This document shows positions 60,936-64,000 of a stretch of 64,000 bases of DNA, piece by piece. Position 1 is the first letter of the stretch. Each line of letters opens with the position of its first letter. The DNA comes from Gammaproteobacteria bacterium (GTDB taxonomy: Bacteria > Pseudomonadota > Gammaproteobacteria > G965277405), in contig OZ255726.1 of assembly GCA_965277405.1 (NCBI GenBank), positions 896,001 through 960,000 on the forward strand, in the 5' to 3' direction. Below the pieces are notes generated by a model that saw only the letters and a list, made by a program, of their open reading frames with translations, did no database searches and was not told where the DNA came from. The translations under genes and the position numbers were made by a program.

Positions 60936-63111
60936 GCATATCCCCAGCCGAGAGAAGATTCTTGCTGCCATTCGCAACGCCGCCACTCCGCTCACCCAAA
61001 TTGCGCTGCAGCAACATACTGGCTATGGCGATAATTCCATTGAAACCGTCCAAAAACGCTTGTGCGCCATGGAACGCGATGGGCAAATCTCCATCAACAC
61101 CGACCTCCTATTAGCTATTACCACAACTGAGTTCATTGGCGCGGTTGTCAAATGCCAACGCGACGGTCGGATGACATGTATCAATACGCAAACTGATGAG
61201 CGTATATTTCTCGGTAGACGTCAAGCTGCCAAAGTTTTTGATGGAGATGAGGTGCGGGTTATCACGCACACTTCATACCAAAAATTGATGGGGAAAATTG
61301 TTGAAGTCACCCAGCGCAATACCACATCGGTTGTCGGGACGCTGTCCCGAGTTAATACACAGTGGCTGCTGCATCCACAAAACCCACGTAATACCCATAC
61401 AATTTATATTGACGGCAAACATCACGGTAAAGTTAATGACTTAGTCACCTGCACCATCACCGCACAGCCAACATCACACCTGCCACCGCGCGGCACGGTT
61501 ACCCAAGTCCTTGGCAAAACCGTAGACGAGCACACTATCATCGCCATGATGATTCATGAGTTTCACCTTGAAACAACGTTTTCTCAAGGCAGCCTGCGCC
61601 AATGCAAAAAACTCCCAGCCAATGTTGGTAATGACGATTTACACTGCCGCTTTGATCTACGCGACACACCATTTGTTACCATCGATGGCGAAGACGCCAA
61701 AGACTTTGACGATGCGGTGTACTGCCAAACAGTTGCCGACGGGTGGAAATTATCCGTAGCAATTGCCGATGTTGCTGAATACGTGCCGCTCGACAGTCCG
61801 CTCGATGCAGACGCAAAAATACGCGGCACCTCGGTGTATTTTCCAAATACGGTTATGCCGATGCTCCCAGAGCAGCTTGCAAATAACTTATGTTCATTGT
61901 TGCCGCAGCAAGACCGCTTAGTGGTTACCTGCGCGATGAAAATATCAGCAACAGGCGAGCTTACAGAATTTGAATTATTTGAAGGAGTCATCCATTCACA
62001 GGCCCGCTTAACATACACAGAAGTAGCAGCTTTCATCGCCACACAATCGAGCACTGTATCCCCAGCAGTACAGCACAGTCTGTTAGCATTGCATGGCTTA
62101 TTTAAACACTTGCACGCAATGCGGCAAGAGCGCGGCGCGATTGAGTTTACCAGCATACAGTCTACACCACGTTTCTCAAAAGATGGCAATATTGAAAGCT
62201 TTCAAGCCACACCAAGAAACTGCGCACACTTGATGATTGAAGAGGCAATGCTGCTGACGAATGTCTGCGTTGCCAAGTTCATGCTAACGCATAAATCACC
62301 AGGATTATACCGTGTCCATAGCAATCCTACCGTAACCGACGTTGCCGCGTTGCGCGACACGTTACTCGCGCTTGGCATCAAACCAACATGGCAAGGGACA
62401 ACTGTAACACCCAAGCAAATGCAACAATTACTAGGGTTAGTCAAACAACGTCAACCAAACTATTTTTCTCTGGTTGAATACGCGCTGCTGCGCAGCTTAC
62501 CTCAAGCCAATTATCAAGAGTCTAACGCCGGCCATTTTGGCTTAGGGTATCAACAGTATTGCCACTTTACTTCGCCGATTCGCCGCTATCCAGATTTAGT
62601 GACCCATCGTGCAGTAAAGGCGGCAATTCATTCTAAACTCCGCACATATATTCGTAAACACCAGGCAGCAACAGCACGGCCTCGTCCAGTTCACCAACAT
62701 TTACCCAGCATTGCCGCAGCATGTTCGCGAACAGAGCGCGTGGCAGAAAAAGCCTCGCGCATGGCCAATAGGTATTTTCAATGTTTGTTAGCGCAACAGC
62801 ACTTAAACAATGTAATGACTGGGGTCATCCGCAATGTGACCGCGTTTGGATTATTCGTCAACCTGCCAATCGAAATCGAAGGTCTGCTGCATATACGCAA
62901 CCTTGACAATGAATATTATGTATACGCAAGTGAACAACAAGCGCTGATTGGGCAACGCAGCCAGCGTCGTTTTGCCATGGGCGACAGTATCAAAGTCAAA
63001 ATTGCTGCTGTAGATATCCAGCAACAAGAGGTCGACTTGCGGCTGGTTGACGACACCGCGGCAGCAAAAAAATTGCGCAAATCTAGCAAACATAAGCGCA
63101 ACAAAAAATAA
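60922..63111 (+). CDS. rnr: Ribonuclease R
   Basis: TIDGEDAKDFDDA, RGTSVYFP, HFTSPIRRYPDL, S1 domain, basic tail. Confidence 0.95.
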   Translation: MEQPEHIPSREKILAAIRNAATPLTQIALQQHTGYGDNSIETVQKRLCAMERDGQISINTDLLLAITTTEFIGAVVKCQRDGRMTCINTQTDERIFLGRRQAAKVFDGDEVRVITHTSYQKLMGKIVEVTQRNTTSVVGTLSRVNTQWLLHPQNPRNTHTIYIDGKHHGKVNDLVTCTITAQPTSHLPPRGTVTQVLGKTVDEHTIIAMMIHEFHLETTFSQGSLRQCKKLPANVGNDDLHCRFDLRDTPFVTIDGEDAKDFDDAVYCQTVADGWKLSVAIADVAEYVPLDSPLDADAKIRGTSVYFPNTVMPMLPEQLANNLCSLLPQQDRLVVTCAMKISATGELTEFELFEGVIHSQARLTYTEVAAFIATQSSTVSPAVQHSLLALHGLFKHLHAMRQERGAIEFTSIQSTPRFSKDGNIESFQATPRNCAHLMIEEAMLLTNVCVAKFMLTHKSPGLYRVHSNPTVTDVAALRDTLLALGIKPTWQGTTVTPKQMQQLLGLVKQRQPNYFSLVEYALLRSLPQANYQESNAGHFGLGYQQYCHFTSPIRRYPDLVTHRAVKAAIHSKLRTYIRKHQAATARPRPVHQHLPSIAAACSRTERVAEKASRMANRYFQCLLAQQHLNNVMTGVIRNVTAFGLFVNLPIEIEGLLHIRNLDNEYYVYASEQQALIGQRSQRRFAMGDSIKVKIAAVDIQQQEVDLRLVDDTAAAKKLRKSSKHKRNKK

Positions 63112-63118
63112 GGATGAT

Positions 63119-63868
63119 ATGGCAAAGACAGCGCATAAAATCCCTATCCCTGGCTTTCATGCAATCGAGGCATTGTGTGAAGACTACCCTCATATGCTGC
63201 TAGAAATTTGGCACAAACCTCTATCCGCAAGTGCACGTCTCAAACATATTCAAACCATTGCAACCGCCAATGGGATTGCGGTGCACGAAGTCCGTCCGGA
63301 TACCTTAGAGCAAATAACCCAAAGCCACCAAGGCATCATTGCTTGGGCACGACCGCCACAGGTGATGGATATTAAACTCCTTCCGCAGCATATTACCGCT
63401 AAACCTTCAGTAATAATTTTAGTCCTTGCTGCAATTCTCGACCCGCATAATGTTGGCGCATGTTTACGCAGTGCGGAAGCCTGCGGTACTGATGCGGTAG
63501 TACTGGTAGGGTCTACCACCCCTAAAACAGCAACCGTCGTCAAAACATCTACAGGTGCGGTATATCGGCTACCATTGTTCTCTGCTGGGATGGAGCAAGC
63601 ATTAGCCGTATTTAAATCTAACGCCATCGAGACAATTGCAACAACAATGACGGCGCAAACCACGCTTTGGGATGGGGAGTTTTCTAGCCGGGTCGCTGTC
63701 ATTATGGGGGGTGAGCAACAAGGCATTCACGAGTCCATTATCCGCAAGTGCGACCAACAGGTGTCAATCCCCATGGCTGGTAAAACAGCGAGCCTCAACG
63801 TTTCGGTTGCATCTGGTGTCATGCTCTACGAATTACGCCGTAGACAACAACAGACTTTGTCAGATTAA
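63119..63868 (+). CDS. rlmB: 23S rRNA Gm2251 methyltransferase
   Basis: HQG, DPHNVGACLRSA, MGGE..G, IPM.G...SLNVSVA; follows rnr. Confidence 0.92.
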   Translation: MAKTAHKIPIPGFHAIEALCEDYPHMLLEIWHKPLSASARLKHIQTIATANGIAVHEVRPDTLEQITQSHQGIIAWARPPQVMDIKLLPQHITAKPSVIILVLAAILDPHNVGACLRSAEACGTDAVVLVGSTTPKTATVVKTSTGAVYRLPLFSAGMEQALAVFKSNAIETIATTMTAQTTLWDGEFSSRVAVIMGGEQQGIHESIIRKCDQQVSIPMAGKTASLNVSVASGVMLYELRRRQQQTLSD

Positions 63869-64000
63869 CGCTGACCCAGCAAGTTTTAAACTTGATCACC
63901 TACCTGCAAAGTTATAAGATGAATGAAACTATGTAACTTATGTGGTCTGTTGCAAATAGGTCAAAACTTGCTATAAATTGAAAATTTTGTACAAACACAG

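Noticed and set aside
4999-63917. Many antisense and shadow ORFs in the six-frame track (e.g. 4999..5421, 56415..57212, 61584..62189)
   Set aside because: They overlap well-supported genes and have no recognisable motifs

Overview
Bacterial chromosomal window with a gammaproteobacterial-type housekeeping backbone (bamE-fur-lpxC, sbcB, tolB, rbfA-truB-rpsO-pnp, fis, gor, ispE, acs, priA, scpAB-rluB-rsmD, plsC-hemA-prfA-rluC-galU-purH, hda-rnr-rlmB). It carries tRNA-Ser(TGA), tRNA-Gln(TTG) and SRP RNA. Gene order is strongly scrambled and there are several pseudogenes (IS481 and IS5/IS1182-type remnants, pta, a truncated hydrolase), which suggests a rearranged, possibly host-associated genome (inference). 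The dominant unexplained structure is a ~270-290 bp non-autonomous element (MITE) with TIR GGAAGCTCTGATTAA...TTAATCAGAGCTTCC and 4-bp, mostly YTAR, target duplications. About 12 full, shortened or degenerate copies are present. The copies show compensatory changes in long-range stems and several sit on stop or start codons. One separates an L-amino-acid ligase gene from its RBS, and one diverged copy is read through in frame as a 91-codon insert in the signal peptide of a sugar-binding protein. Accessory clusters: (i) a decaying dipeptide biosynthetic cluster (aminotransferase, prephenate decarboxylase-like relic, DMT exporter, BL00235/TabS-like ligase); (ii) a ~16 kb catabolic block (amino-acid 2-monooxygenase, guanidinobutyrase, ABC importer, amidase; sugar ABC system plus ADP-ribosylglycohydrolase) bracketed by MITEs and by two diverged copies of the pta 5' region. 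All calls come from reading the sequence and from recalled protein motifs; no searches were run.
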